Assembly: GCA_041287245.1 (NCBI GenBank)
Contig: JBEULP010000117.1
Location: 192,001 to 256,000, forward strand
DNA length: 64,000 nt
Origin: Infirmifilum sp.
GTDB lineage: Archaea; Thermoproteota; Thermoprotei; Thermofilales; Thermofilaceae
Direction: 5' to 3'
Shown here: positions 19,278-29,621 of the stretch, piece by piece
Position numbering within the stretch: position 1 is the first letter of the stretch
Layout: each line of letters opens with the position of its first letter
Translations under genes and position numbers: made by a program
The notes under the pieces: model-generated
Seen by the model: the letters and a program-made list of their open reading frames with translations, nothing else
The model's database searches: none
What the model was told of the DNA's origin: nothing

Positions 19278-19628
19278 ATGGCTGAACAACTCGAGAAGGT
19301 TAAGAAAGAGGTAGAGATATTCCTCAAAACTAACAAGCAATACCTTGGCGTTATAATAAAGGATGGTAGCAACGTTATTGTCATGGGAGACATAAAGAGG
19401 GAGCTATTAGAGATACTAGTGGATATTACTAGTTTTATAGCCTCTACTTTTAAGCAACTGAACGTAGGTTCCCCTAGATATTTTGTGGCTGAGAGCGATA
19501 AGGGTGGTGTTGGTTATGGCAAATATGGCTTCGACAAGGTTCTCATAGTTTACTATAGAAATACTCCTCTCGGAACAGTTATGTATGACCTTAAGAATTT
19601 AGCTCAAAAGCTTGCCAATTTAACATAG
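19278..19628 (+). CDS. Roadblock/LC7 (MglB-like) domain protein
   Basis: Roadblock pattern ending in TPLGTVMYDLKNLAQKL; ATG 19278 chosen because the upstream TTG lies inside the sRNA. Confidence 0.6.
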   Translation: MAEQLEKVKKEVEIFLKTNKQYLGVIIKDGSNVIVMGDIKRELLEILVDITSFIASTFKQLNVGSPRYFVAESDKGGVGYGKYGFDKVLIVYYRNTPLGTVMYDLKNLAQKLANLT

Positions 19629-19632
19629 GGGG

Positions 19633-20154
19633 TTGCAGTTGAGGGTTATTGGGATAGCCTGCCTAGGCACTGAGCCCCCTGATTATCTCGTAGAAAAAGC
19701 CGTTAGCTTCGTGCGAGAGCTAAAGAACCTGTGTAAAGAAGAGGTATTTCTAGCCCTTGGCGGCTACTGGGGCTTGATGAAGAGGGTGGTTGACGAGGCC
19801 ATCGCCGCTGGTTTTCGCGTTGTTCTTTTTCCCCCTCTTGAGCGGGAAAGCGAGATTTTTCCGGATCAGGCGTTAGTTGTGAAGACAGGAATGGGATACC
19901 GGCTTAGAAGCGTTATCTTCGTGAGGACCGTTGATGTACTCGTGGCGCTTGGGGGTGAGGCAGGCACTATTCAGGAGGTAATTACAGCTTACCTTGAGGG
20001 TAAGCCCGTGCTTGTTCTAGGCGAAACGGGTTTCGCCTCCGATAAGCTGAAGATATTCGCGCCCTACGTGGATTCACGGAAAACCGTAGGGGTAAAAATA
20101 GTATCTGAGCCGAAAAAGCTAGCTGTTGAAGCCTGCGGGCTGGCTAACCGTTAA
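19633..20154 (+). CDS. LOG/SLOG-family protein (TIGR00725-like)
   Basis: GGYWGLM, TGMG..RS, GGEAGTIQE..AY..GKP. Confidence 0.85.
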   Translation: MQLRVIGIACLGTEPPDYLVEKAVSFVRELKNLCKEEVFLALGGYWGLMKRVVDEAIAAGFRVVLFPPLERESEIFPDQALVVKTGMGYRLRSVIFVRTVDVLVALGGEAGTIQEVITAYLEGKPVLVLGETGFASDKLKIFAPYVDSRKTVGVKIVSEPKKLAVEACGLANR

Positions 20155-20797
20155 ATGCCCTGTCTCCAGCGTCGCCAAGCCCTGGTATGATGAAAGCTTT
20201 TGAGTTGAGTTCAGGGTCTATTGCAAAAGTATACAAGGAGGCGTGTGGAGCCACCTCGAACAATCGTTTTATGCCAACTTGCGTCGAAATCAATGTTGCG
20301 ACGATTAGATGTTGTGGTCTGGCAGTCTCCAAGACGCGACTAACGACTCTTTTCATAGTTGACCCTGTAGCCAGCATGGGGTCGACAATTACAGCTATTT
20401 GAAAGTCTTCGGGTAGAGACGCGTAATTAACATCAACGTCTAGGTCGAGGTTTAAGGAAGATCCTTCTTTAACTTCTCTCCTTTTAGCAGATATGAATCC
20501 TACGGCGGCATTCTCGTAGATTTCAAGCAACCCCCAAACCATCGGTAGGGCCGCCCTTAAAACTGCGATTATTGCTAGCTTGGTGAATTCAAAGGCTTTA
20601 GCCTCAGCCTCGAGGGGTGTCTTAACAACACGTTCTTCAAGCGGTACCTCTGTGCTTATCTCTACAGCTGTAATAAACCCTGCTTTCTGTAGAAGTCTCC
20701 GAAACTCGGGGGTTGGAGTGTTTTTATCGCGAAGCTTAGAGAGCAATACCCTAGCTGCTGGGTTATCAATTACCCTTATGCTACCCGTTGAAACCAC
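20144..20797 (-). CDS. upp: Uracil phosphoribosyltransferase
   Basis: LRDKNT, VLRAA, DPMLATGST, FIIPGLGDAGDR. Confidence 0.95.
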   Translation of the reverse strand: MVSTGSIRVIDNPAARVLLSKLRDKNTPTPEFRRLLQKAGFITAVEISTEVPLEERVVKTPLEAEAKAFEFTKLAIIAVLRAALPMVWGLLEIYENAAVGFISAKRREVKEGSSLNLDLDVDVNYASLPEDFQIAVIVDPMLATGSTMKRVVSRVLETARPQHLIVATLISTQVGIKRLFEVAPHASLYTFAIDPELNSKAFIIPGLGDAGDRAFNG

Positions 20798-20911
20798 TTG
20801 AGTGAACGGTGTTATACTAGAAAAAGCTATCGTCTGTGTTCGAAAAAGGCTTCAGGTAGAGCTTACGATGAAAAACCTAAGGTTTATATCTGGTAACTAG
20901 ATTCTACTCGC

Positions 20912-21805
20912 GTGAAGGTAGCTCCCGAATGCATACCTTGCATCTTTAACGTTCGTGCGAAGGAGATTTTAAACTCTAACCTTAGCGATACTGAGAAAAT
21001 TGAAGCATTCAAGGTTTTCCTAGAATACTACGCTACAAAAGTCTCTCCTGAAACCACTACCACCCTTTTAAGCTGGCAGGCTTTCAGAAAGGTGAAGGAG
21101 ATACTCCGAGAGCAAGATCCCTACGCCTCTTTTAAAAAAGCCTCTCATGAAGCTGCGTTGAAAATAGCGAGTTTTTTAGAGAGGGAGGTTGAGGGGAAAT
21201 TAGGTTTCGCCCGTTTTCATTTTATAGTAAAGGCGAGCTTAGCGGCTAACTACATCGATCCTGGAACTCCTATTGGAGTCGGCCCGGAACATCTAAGCGA
21301 GAAAATTAACAGTTTGAAGCTAGGGGTGGACGAGACTGAAAAGCTTTACATGAAGCTTTTGCAGAGCGGGAAAGTTGCATTCGTGCTAGATAACTGCGGG
21401 GAAGCTGTTATAGATCGGATCCTTGCTGAAGAGTTGAATCGTATGGGCATTGAAGTTAGGCTTATCGTTAAAGGAGATCCTTATCAGAATGATATTACAT
21501 ACAAGGAGGCTATTGAGTACGAGTTTAACAAGGTTGGCGAGGTTGTAAGCACTGGGAGTGATTTCCCAGGCGTCGTACCAGGTTATGTCTCGCAGGAAGC
21601 TGTCGACACTTTAAACTGGGCTGATATTGTTATAGCTAAAGGCATGGCAAACTACGAGGCTTTCCGCATGAAGCTTCCCGAAAAACCAGTCTTCATTATG
21701 CTTGTAGCGAAGTGCGACGTTATTGCTAGATCCGTTGGTGTCAGCAAGGGGGAAGCAGCAGCCTTCTTCCTACAAGGCTCTCCTAGCTTGTCGAAACTCC
21801 TCTAG
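20912..21805 (+). CDS. DUF89/ARMT1-like damage-control phosphatase
   Basis: ECIPC, N.ID, DNCGE, ND, AKGMANYE, AKC motifs. Confidence 0.9.
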   Translation: MKVAPECIPCIFNVRAKEILNSNLSDTEKIEAFKVFLEYYATKVSPETTTTLLSWQAFRKVKEILREQDPYASFKKASHEAALKIASFLEREVEGKLGFARFHFIVKASLAANYIDPGTPIGVGPEHLSEKINSLKLGVDETEKLYMKLLQSGKVAFVLDNCGEAVIDRILAEELNRMGIEVRLIVKGDPYQNDITYKEAIEYEFNKVGEVVSTGSDFPGVVPGYVSQEAVDTLNWADIVIAKGMANYEAFRMKLPEKPVFIMLVAKCDVIARSVGVSKGEAAAFFLQGSPSLSKLL

Positions 21806-21876
21806 CCCTCCAAGATCGCTAAATATTTGTTTGTGAATGATGTCTTATCAGATGCATCCAAAAGCGTCGGGATAAA

Positions 21877-22716
21877 ATGGAAAAATCGAGTTTAGTTGAA
21901 AAAGCCCGTGAAATCTATAAGGACATTCCCATCGATTCATCTTCTCTTGAAACCTATGTAAAGCTTATGGAATTGCAAGAGAACTTACAGGGGCGTTTTC
22001 TCGAGAAATACACGGATGTTGACATTGAGAAGATAACTTCTTTGATGCGCGAGAATACACCTGCTTTTCTGGCAGTAGACCTAGGCCTAGATGAAGAGGA
22101 GCTAGGAGAAACTTTAAAGGCTATAACAGGCATGCTAAAAAAGGAACTCCCAGATACCGCAAAGTCTCTTGAGCGTTTAGAACAGGCATGGGATGATAAA
22201 GAACTAAGCATGGTTCAACTAGGGGAGAGTCTACTTCAAGGGGAGATAGCTTACGCTTATAAAAAAGCCGAGGAACTAGGAGTCGACCCTGAAATCTTGG
22301 AAGCCGTGGCGGCATGGGTCATACAGGTTTTGTTTCAAGCGTTAGAGAAGAAAATAAGTGAGAAAACAGACTTTTCTGAGTGGAAACTTGGGAGGTGTCC
22401 CGTCTGCGGCGGCACTACTAGGCTTGAATATATAGACGAGCTCGGAGCTACACATTTAAAGTGTCAGTTCTGCGGAGCAGAATGGAACTATCCCAATGGA
22501 AAGTGCCCTAACTGTGGGAATGATCAGGCTCAAGGGATAACAGTAATACCAACCGACGAGAACAAGAGGTTCACGCTTAACATCTGCCACGAGTGCGGGA
22601 TGTACTGGAAGGTTGTAGATGAACGTGTAGTGGGACACGATATACCAAGAAAGCTCTACGACTTGTGGACTTTCAAGCTTGATTTGATTGCTAGCGGAGA
22701 GAAAAATCGGCAATAG
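21877..22716 (+). CDS. fdhE: Formate dehydrogenase accessory protein FdhE
   Basis: W..GRCPVCG, CQFC..W, CPNCG, CHEC..Y.K, then LD. Confidence 0.85.
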   Translation: MEKSSLVEKAREIYKDIPIDSSSLETYVKLMELQENLQGRFLEKYTDVDIEKITSLMRENTPAFLAVDLGLDEEELGETLKAITGMLKKELPDTAKSLERLEQAWDDKELSMVQLGESLLQGEIAYAYKKAEELGVDPEILEAVAAWVIQVLFQALEKKISEKTDFSEWKLGRCPVCGGTTRLEYIDELGATHLKCQFCGAEWNYPNGKCPNCGNDQAQGITVIPTDENKRFTLNICHECGMYWKVVDERVVGHDIPRKLYDLWTFKLDLIASGEKNRQ

Positions 22717-22732
22717 GGATTAGGGTTTACAA

Positions 22733-24058
22733 CTACCCTGAAACAGTGACTCCTCCGAAGAGCACGTCTGGAGTGTAAATCCCTGTATAAGTGTTTTTCA
22801 CATTATGTGCCGGTTTGAGCGTATTAGCAATGGCGTAAATATTTCCTGATACTGTGACAGGTTTGACAGGGATAAGCTCACCGCCCCTCACAATATACGG
22901 GTTAGAAGCGACAACGCTAAAGTTACCCGTGATGTAATTAACAGTATGTACGCTTAGAAGGGAGCCATCAATAACGAGCAGAGAGTCGGAGATAAGGTCC
23001 TCCTCTTTTTGTTTGCCTCCTTTAACGATCAAGTTTGAACTAGATATCCCGACGATGCCTCTTCCTTTACTCGCGTTTCCGGTTGACGAAACCTTCATCC
23101 TCCTCGCCGTATAGTTATTATGCAAGAAGGACCGGAGTGTTCCTCTATCGACAAGAATTGTTTTTCTCCTAGGTATACCCTCTGCATCGAACATTGAAGT
23201 AGATAAACCTCCCGGCATAGTACCGTCGTCTATTATTGTAAGATCACCTAGAACCTTTTCTCCAATCTTATCTTTTAAGGGACTAAACCCCTCCAGGACG
23301 TTCAAGGCGTTGAATGCGGGTAACAACAGGTATGAGATAAGACTTGAGAGAGGCTCCGCGCGGAACAACACGTTACCCGAGAGTGTCTGTCCAAGTCGTT
23401 CAGCCTTAAGACTGTCAAGGGCCAAGGTTTTTGCTTTTTCGAGCATAGCCGCCGTGTCATAAATAAAGCTTCGCGAGGCGATCCAGGCGCTACCTGTTCC
23501 CTCGCGCGATCCGTCCGAGGACTTCAGCCATGCAAAGAGCTCCATACTTGTTCCTCGATCCTCAGCCTTTACACCTCTAGTGTTGTAAGTGTAGTACTTC
23601 ATTACTGTGAGAGATCCTCCTATAGCCCCAACTTTAATTCGGGGGTCTATGTGTTCAGCCTCCACAATGATATCCTTTACTATATCTGCTAACTGTTGAA
23701 GCTCTAAGGAGGCAACCCCCTCATCATATCCTACCCAGCTGTGCCTCGCAGGCTCTGGATCAGGCAACGCCTCCCAGTGGAGATCTTCTTCACTCTTCTT
23801 AGCCATTTCCACAGCACTAGCTATTGTCTTTTCCATGACACTCCAGTCAGCAGAGGTTGCAGTAGCTATGGCGATTCTCTTACCCTGAGCCACTCTTACC
23901 CAAACCTCGGTGGCAACCTGAGAAAGTATCTTGGGATAAGGCCCCTCGGATTTAACAGTCTTAGACATGGCTGTCGAAACGCTTACTTCAGCCTCGCTGG
24001 CTCCTAGCTCCAGAGCGCGCTTGAGAGCTTTATCAATAAGATACGCGTGCTCCCCCAT
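22733..24058 (-). CDS. pmbA: PmbA/TldE-family protein
   Basis: GASEAEV, DDG..FDAEG, STGNA, TGNFS motifs; directly downstream of tldD. Confidence 0.88.
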   Translation of the reverse strand: MGEHAYLIDKALKRALELGASEAEVSVSTAMSKTVKSEGPYPKILSQVATEVWVRVAQGKRIAIATATSADWSVMEKTIASAVEMAKKSEEDLHWEALPDPEPARHSWVGYDEGVASLELQQLADIVKDIIVEAEHIDPRIKVGAIGGSLTVMKYYTYNTRGVKAEDRGTSMELFAWLKSSDGSREGTGSAWIASRSFIYDTAAMLEKAKTLALDSLKAERLGQTLSGNVLFRAEPLSSLISYLLLPAFNALNVLEGFSPLKDKIGEKVLGDLTIIDDGTMPGGLSTSMFDAEGIPRRKTILVDRGTLRSFLHNNYTARRMKVSSTGNASKGRGIVGISSSNLIVKGGKQKEEDLISDSLLVIDGSLLSVHTVNYITGNFSVVASNPYIVRGGELIPVKPVTVSGNIYAIANTLKPAHNVKNTYTGIYTPDVLFGGVTVSG

Positions 24059-24060
24059 TG

Positions 24061-25452
24061 TTATTCACCCCCCACCAGCAACCTTGTAGCCCTCAAGGTT
24101 GGTCCCCCGTCCCCGACGTGGACCATTTGACCAAACTTTCCGCAGCCGCCGAAAGGACTGGTGGATATTTCAACATTATCGGCAACAGCATCGATATACT
24201 TCAGCATTTCGAGAATGTTGCCTGCGAGAACCACATCTCGAACAGGTTCCTTGATCTCTCCATTTTCTATAATGAAACCTATCCGAGCATTAAACGTGAA
24301 CGTACCGTCTTCTTCGACCTGTCCTCCTGCTGGTTTATCAAGTATAAGTCCACGTTTCGTATCCCTTATAATCTCCTCCTCCTTCCAATTGCCACCCTCG
24401 AAAAACGTGTTTCTCATCCTGACAATAACGTCATGGGCGAAGCTCTGAGCACGACCATTCCCCGTAGGCTCCATCCCCACTAGAGCAGCACTCTCCCTAC
24501 TGTGAAGATACCCAGTTAGAATACCTTTGTCGACGAGAACAGTCCTCCTCGTCGGAGTACCCTCGTCATCCACCATTAAAATGTAGCCTCCACGGCTATC
24601 ATATCCGGAGTCGACAATGGTAACGAGCTCACTCGCTATCTTCTCGCCAAGCCTTCCAGTGAGCGGGCTTGTCTTTGCAAAAATGCTGTCACCCTCGGTA
24701 AGGTGTCCAAAGCTTTCGTGAGCGAATACTCCTGTGAGCTCAGGCCTCGTAATAACGACCTGCTCACCCGCCGGTGCTCTGCGTGCTTTGAGAGCGAGTC
24801 GAGCCATCTCCACAGCCTTTTCGGCAGCTTTCTCAGGTGCTCTTTCTCCCGAGAAATACTCAAGGCCAGAAGATGCTCCAAAGGTCTCAAAGCCGTCTCC
24901 CGTCTTTCCGTTTTCCTTGAAAACCACGGAGGCTGATACGCCGGTGACCAGTCTCTCAGAACTTACTTTCACTCCGTCTAGAGAGTATACCTCGATTATT
25001 CCGTAGTAGGCGCCATATCTAGAGGTTGCAGTTGAAGCTCCTTTCTCCTTCGCAACATTATAAGCTCTTTTCACAAGGTCAATTTTCTCGTCTAGTGGGA
25101 CGCTTGAAGGGTGAAGTCTTGTTCCAGATATCACATAGTCCTTTTGAGGACTCTGTATTTCTGATAATTTCTTTTCACCTTTTCCCAGGGCTCGTGCCGA
25201 TTTCACCGCCTCCTGTAAGGCGCTCCTAAGCCCCTCTTTATCGAGGGAGGTTGTTGATGAGAAGCCGATGCTTCCATCTACTAATACTCTTATAGCTACG
25301 CCTCTCGATATGGAAGTGCTTAGAGACGAGATACGGCCATTAACGTATTGGATAAACTCTCTCGTAGTATTCTCAAATCGAACGTCCGCAAAATTTACTC
25401 CTTCTTGAGAGGCAATTTTCAAGACAAAGGTGGCTAGGTCTTCGAACATCAT
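24061..25452 (-). CDS. tldD: TldD-family metalloprotease
   Basis: FADVR, HESFGH, DDEG, PTGNGRA, RMRNT, CGK..Q motifs; ATG at 25452 likely. Confidence 0.92.
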   Translation of the reverse strand: MMFEDLATFVLKIASQEGVNFADVRFENTTREFIQYVNGRISSLSTSISRGVAIRVLVDGSIGFSSTTSLDKEGLRSALQEAVKSARALGKGEKKLSEIQSPQKDYVISGTRLHPSSVPLDEKIDLVKRAYNVAKEKGASTATSRYGAYYGIIEVYSLDGVKVSSERLVTGVSASVVFKENGKTGDGFETFGASSGLEYFSGERAPEKAAEKAVEMARLALKARRAPAGEQVVITRPELTGVFAHESFGHLTEGDSIFAKTSPLTGRLGEKIASELVTIVDSGYDSRGGYILMVDDEGTPTRRTVLVDKGILTGYLHSRESAALVGMEPTGNGRAQSFAHDVIVRMRNTFFEGGNWKEEEIIRDTKRGLILDKPAGGQVEEDGTFTFNARIGFIIENGEIKEPVRDVVLAGNILEMLKYIDAVADNVEISTSPFGGCGKFGQMVHVGDGGPTLRATRLLVGGE

Positions 25453-25498
25453 AGGTGAATATCGCAAGACACATAAATAGTTTACATATGCGCGGGCA

Positions 25499-25533
25499 GA
25501 AAGCCTCGCCCTCTAGGGCGGGTAGAAAGTTAG
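25499..25533 (+). mobile_element. Isolated IS200/IS605-family right-end hairpin
   Basis: GAAAGCCTCGCCCTCTAGGGCGGGTAGAAAGTTAG, closely similar to 13674-13706. Confidence 0.7.
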
Positions 25534-26371
25534 TGGTTTTCGTGTCCGTCTAACGAAGAACTACTTGAGCTGGCTAGAAGAGGATAAAGAGCAGTGGTAG
25601 ATCTCACGGAAAACGAGTGTTCATATGAAAACCGAGAAGGTATTAATAAGATTTCATTTCCTATAAGAGACTTCTCTTTCCGCTCCCCCGAAAGCGTTGT
25701 TCAAAACGTGGTTGAGCCGATAAGGCGAATTCTAGCGGCAGACGGAGACGTTTTGATACACTGCATGGGGGATAGGTAGGAGTGGGACACTTGCAGCTAT
25801 GCTTCTCATCACATTTGATGGTATGACACTGGAAGGAGCGTTGTCTAGAGTTAGAAGGCTTGGTGATCCTCTGGTCCCAGCGCAACTCGTAGCCCTAACC
25901 TGGTTTGAGAGGAATACGAGTATGATGGGATACGAGAAATATTTGAAGTTATCCAGAGCTTTAACCCTAGCGGCTAAGGATAACATTGACCCCGCCTCCT
26001 CAAGAATTAACTTAACGATTGACATACTTGTCGAGGTTGGAATTATTAAATCTGAGGGAGGTTTAGAAGAAACATATGCTTATCTCTTAAAAAACTAGAA
26101 GGGGGGTAATGGTGGAACGCGCTACACTTTAAGAGAGCTTAACAGAGAAAAGCCTCTTGTTGAAACAGTCTTCGAATTCGCAGGATACTTCGGGAATGTT
26201 TTCGAAGGAGAGGGGTTCTATCTAGGTATCGGGAAGGAAGACGAGAAAATCATCCTGCTTTTCAATGGACTGTTCTCCCAGGATAAGAGGATAGAATTGG
26301 TGAGGAAAGGCGTTGAGCTCCTGGCAGGTTATGGCGTCAAGTTAGAGCTTGAAGAGAAATACGGATGGTAA
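25534..26371 (+). pseudogene. Dual-specificity/tyrosine phosphatase pseudogene
   Basis: No start codon; in-frame TAA 25585; frameshift in G-run 25767-71 splits HCMG(G)IGRSGT (CX5R); in-frame TAG 26096, after which the frame continues to TAA 26371. Confidence 0.85.
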
Positions 26372-26448
26372 GGGGAAATAGCTAAATACTTCTCAAAAAG
26401 GTTGCTTATGTAAAAGTTTAAACGGGTGGAGCGAGTAGAAAGGGCAGG

Positions 26449-27534
26449 ATGGGCGCATTTCCAAAACCTAATATTCGAGAAGCTTTATTTTGGGAAAAAA
26501 TAGAGGGAAAACCAGGGTATGTGAAGTGCAATCTTTGTAGTCGTCGGTGCGTCATAGCCCCTGGAAGGTTTGGAGTCTGCGGTGTCAGGAAAAATATAGA
26601 TGGCAAGTTGTATACCTATGTCTATGGTTTGCTAACAGCTGCAAATTTAGACCCCATCGAGAAAAAGCCTCTGTCACACTTTAACCCAGGTAGTGCTGTG
26701 TTCTCTATATCCACACCGGGCTGTAACTTTTTCTGCAAGTTTTGCCAGAACTGGGAGATAAGTCAGAGTAGGTTAGAGGCGGGGCTATATGGAATGCAGT
26801 ATACGCCTGAGAGGGTTGTGGAGGAAGCTTTAAGATTAAAGGCGGACGGAATCTCTTACACATACAATGAACCGACGATCTTCTATGAGTTTATGCTTGA
26901 CACTGCCAAGCTAGCGAAGAGCCACGGGCTTTTCAACACTATGGTTACTAATGGTTACATTACCCCAGAAGCTCTGGAGGAACTGGCTAAATATATGGAT
27001 GCGGCTACAGTTGACTTTAAAGGTAATGCTAATCCAGAGTTTTACAGAAAGTTCATGGGTGTGCCTTCTCCTGATCCAATCTTTGAGACTCTGCTTGTAA
27101 TGAAGGAAAAGGGAATGCATATTGAAATTACTAACCTTGTAGTTCCTCTTGTCGGAGACGACGAGGGAGACCTTCGTAAGCTTGCCCGTTGGGTTGTTGA
27201 AAACCTAGGTGACGAGACGCCTTTTCACCTTCTCCGCTTTTATCCACATTACAAGATGCTTGATTATCCCCCGACCGATGTAGAGAGGCTAGACAGCCTA
27301 TCACTCATAGCACGAGAAGAAGGCTTAAAACACATATATATAGGAAATGTGTGGGGGCATCCATTGGAACACACGTATTGTCCAAACTGCGGGTTTAGAG
27401 TTATTGAGCGTAGAGGGTTCTTTATAACTAGATGGAACCTAACCGAGGACAACAGATGCCCAAAATGTGGGTATAAGTTGAACATTAAAGGCACATATAA
27501 AAAGAGAAGATGGAGTGATGAGTATTTCTTCTAG
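26449..27534 (+). CDS. amrS: AmmeMemoRadiSam-system radical SAM enzyme
   Basis: CNLC..C..CGVRKN, DPIEKKPL.HF, CNFFCKFCQNWEIS, YTYNEP. Confidence 0.92.
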   Translation: MGAFPKPNIREALFWEKIEGKPGYVKCNLCSRRCVIAPGRFGVCGVRKNIDGKLYTYVYGLLTAANLDPIEKKPLSHFNPGSAVFSISTPGCNFFCKFCQNWEISQSRLEAGLYGMQYTPERVVEEALRLKADGISYTYNEPTIFYEFMLDTAKLAKSHGLFNTMVTNGYITPEALEELAKYMDAATVDFKGNANPEFYRKFMGVPSPDPIFETLLVMKEKGMHIEITNLVVPLVGDDEGDLRKLARWVVENLGDETPFHLLRFYPHYKMLDYPPTDVERLDSLSLIAREEGLKHIYIGNVWGHPLEHTYCPNCGFRVIERRGFFITRWNLTEDNRCPKCGYKLNIKGTYKKRRWSDEYFF

Positions 27535-28535
27535 TGAAGCTTAATAGACAAGCCCTTGCTTTCCTTCTTGCCAGGAACCTCCAAGTGTCTCCAATCAGAT
27601 ACGCTAGTAATTTTTTTCCCACGCTTGCCCATAATGTAGGCATATGCGCTCAGGGCAGCACATGCTCCCATTCCGGCTGCAATAACAGCTTGTTTATGGG
27701 GCATTTCAGCTACGTCTCCTGCAGCGAAAACGCCCTCTCTGCTTGTCTTGCACTCTTTGTCTACAATTACTTCTCCTTTTTCGTTAAGTTCAACAAAACC
27801 TCGCAGAAACTCTGTTTTCGTCACATAACCCATCTCAACGAAAACACCGTCAACTTGCAGTTCTCGTAGTTCTCCAGTTTTCTTTTTCTTTACAATTAGA
27901 GCTTCGACCTTACGGCTACCTTTAACCTCAAAGGGCGTGGTCTCAGGCACAAGTTCAACATTACCTTTGCTCAACGCCTCTCGGAGGAGATCCTCGTCGT
28001 CAAAAGGTTTTTCACCCGGGAAGACCCAGTAGACCTTAGTCGCATAATCTCGAAGCCTGATTATGTTCTCGTAGTTATGCAGTCCCCAGCCAACCAAAGC
28101 AACGGTTTTCCCGCGATAAAGTGGGGCGTCGCATATAACGCAATAGGAAATGCCCCTCCCCTTTAGCTCTCTCTCCCCTGGTACTCCCATCTCCTTCGGG
28201 GACTTGCCAAACGCCAATACTACAGCATCAGCCTCAAAGATAGCGCCAGTGGCTGTTTTTAGAGCGAAGTTCCCTTCTTTTTCCCCTATCTCGACAACCT
28301 CGTCAAATACTATCTTTGCGCCATACAATTTAGCTTGCTCTTCAACCTTCTTTATTAACTCTAATCCACCTATGCTAATGAAGCCCGGATAGTTTTGTAT
28401 TTCTGATGTGAGGAGAAGCTGTCCTCCAAGGTCGGCGCTGATCACAAGAGTGTTTAGCTTTTGCCTTGCAGCATACAACGCGGCTGTTAAACCCGCTATA
28501 CCTGCACCCACTATTACTATATCATGCTTAGACAT
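27531..28535 (-). CDS. trxB: Thioredoxin reductase
   Basis: GAGIAGLTAA, NYPG, GISYCVICD, FAAGD; ATG at 28535 likely. Confidence 0.9.
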   Translation of the reverse strand: MSKHDIVIVGAGIAGLTAALYAARQKLNTLVISADLGGQLLLTSEIQNYPGFISIGGLELIKKVEEQAKLYGAKIVFDEVVEIGEKEGNFALKTATGAIFEADAVVLAFGKSPKEMGVPGERELKGRGISYCVICDAPLYRGKTVALVGWGLHNYENIIRLRDYATKVYWVFPGEKPFDDEDLLREALSKGNVELVPETTPFEVKGSRKVEALIVKKKKTGELRELQVDGVFVEMGYVTKTEFLRGFVELNEKGEVIVDKECKTSREGVFAAGDVAEMPHKQAVIAAGMGACAALSAYAYIMGKRGKKITSVSDWRHLEVPGKKESKGLSIKLH

Positions 28536-28632
28536 GAAGTGTACCCCGTCGTATAAGCTTAGCAATCTATAAAAAAACTTTTTCCAGGTTATAGAGAAAA
28601 CTTTATACTCGACACTAGAGTTTCGCCTCTAA

Positions 28633-29079
28633 GTGATTTTGATGGTTTACGAGCAACGTAGCGCCCATGGTCTCGCCGTGGAGGGTGTTACGGCACTGGT
28701 GATAATTGCGGTTCTCCTGTTCCTTTTTTCAACAAGCCTGTGGATATCGATACCTCAAACGTCAAAGATACAACTAGGGGATTTCATAATAATTATCCTG
28801 ACAGCTTTGTTTATACAGAGGTCGGAGCATCTTGTTTCTCCTCTTTCAGCCGTCACATCCCTAGCTCTACACATAGATATTAAGAGAACGTCTGCTGTAA
28901 TACAGGGTTTTCTAAGGTTTCTCTCAATAACCGTTGCTTATTTCTCCCTGAAAAGAACTAGTATTAATCTTCTAACAATGGTCCTTGATTATACAAATTC
29001 TCATATTATCTACGATGCCGTATTTATCACACTCCTACTACTCCACCTTTATTACACAGTTAAGAAGCTTGTCCGCTAG
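28633..29079 (+). CDS. Hypothetical membrane protein
   Basis: About 4 hydrophobic segments; fills the gap between neighbours. Confidence 0.6.
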   Translation: MILMVYEQRSAHGLAVEGVTALVIIAVLLFLFSTSLWISIPQTSKIQLGDFIIIILTALFIQRSEHLVSPLSAVTSLALHIDIKRTSAVIQGFLRFLSITVAYFSLKRTSINLLTMVLDYTNSHIIYDAVFITLLLLHLYYTVKKLVR

Positions 29080-29617
29080 GCGAGTCTAGGCGCCTCTTCA
29101 AGTATAATTCTAGATAGGTTTCAGGTACAAGCTCTTGGAGTCCCAGCTTAGTGGCAACCTCTCTTATCTTGTGTTCCCCCGCACCCTTATCCTCAATCTC
29201 AACAAAATTTCCTAAATCCTCTACCTTGTCCAGCGAGACTTCCACGCCCTCTAAAAGGTAGAATTCTCTGTGCTTAGCTATTCGTGCTACAACCTTGAAC
29301 CCCAGCTTATCTAACACTAGAAGAAGCTCGTTTAGCTTGTCAACCTTCACGACAAGCTCAACCCTTGTCTTAGCCCACCCCTCCTTTCTTGGCCCCTTGT
29401 ATGTAAGCTCTATATCTTCTTGTCCTGTAAGAGTGGACTTTATATGCCTAACTCTTAAAGCCTCGTCACTCTGCTGGAAATCTCTACAGGGGTGTTGAAG
29501 ATAGATATCTAACATCTCAACAGTGTCCACATATTCGGAATGCATGGATCTAAGCTTATTCCTTATACCCTCCGGGTCGGTACATCTAAACTTAACTTCT
29601 ACCTCTGCAGGCTCCAT
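29060..29617 (-). CDS. cyaB: CYTH-domain protein (class IV adenylate cyclase/triphosphatase)
   Basis: EVEVK, D.Y..HP.RDF...DEALRVR, LTYKGP, RVE, FVEIE, YLEL. Confidence 0.92.
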   Translation of the reverse strand: MEPAEVEVKFRCTDPEGIRNKLRSMHSEYVDTVEMLDIYLQHPCRDFQQSDEALRVRHIKSTLTGQEDIELTYKGPRKEGWAKTRVELVVKVDKLNELLLVLDKLGFKVVARIAKHREFYLLEGVEVSLDKVEDLGNFVEIEDKGAGEHKIREVATKLGLQELVPETYLELYLKRRLDSPSGQAS

Positions 29618-29621
29618 GTTC

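Noticed and set aside
26096..26098. In-frame TAG as pyrrolysine or readthrough recoding
   Set aside because: The same gene also has a TAA, a frameshift and no start, so decay is more parsimonious
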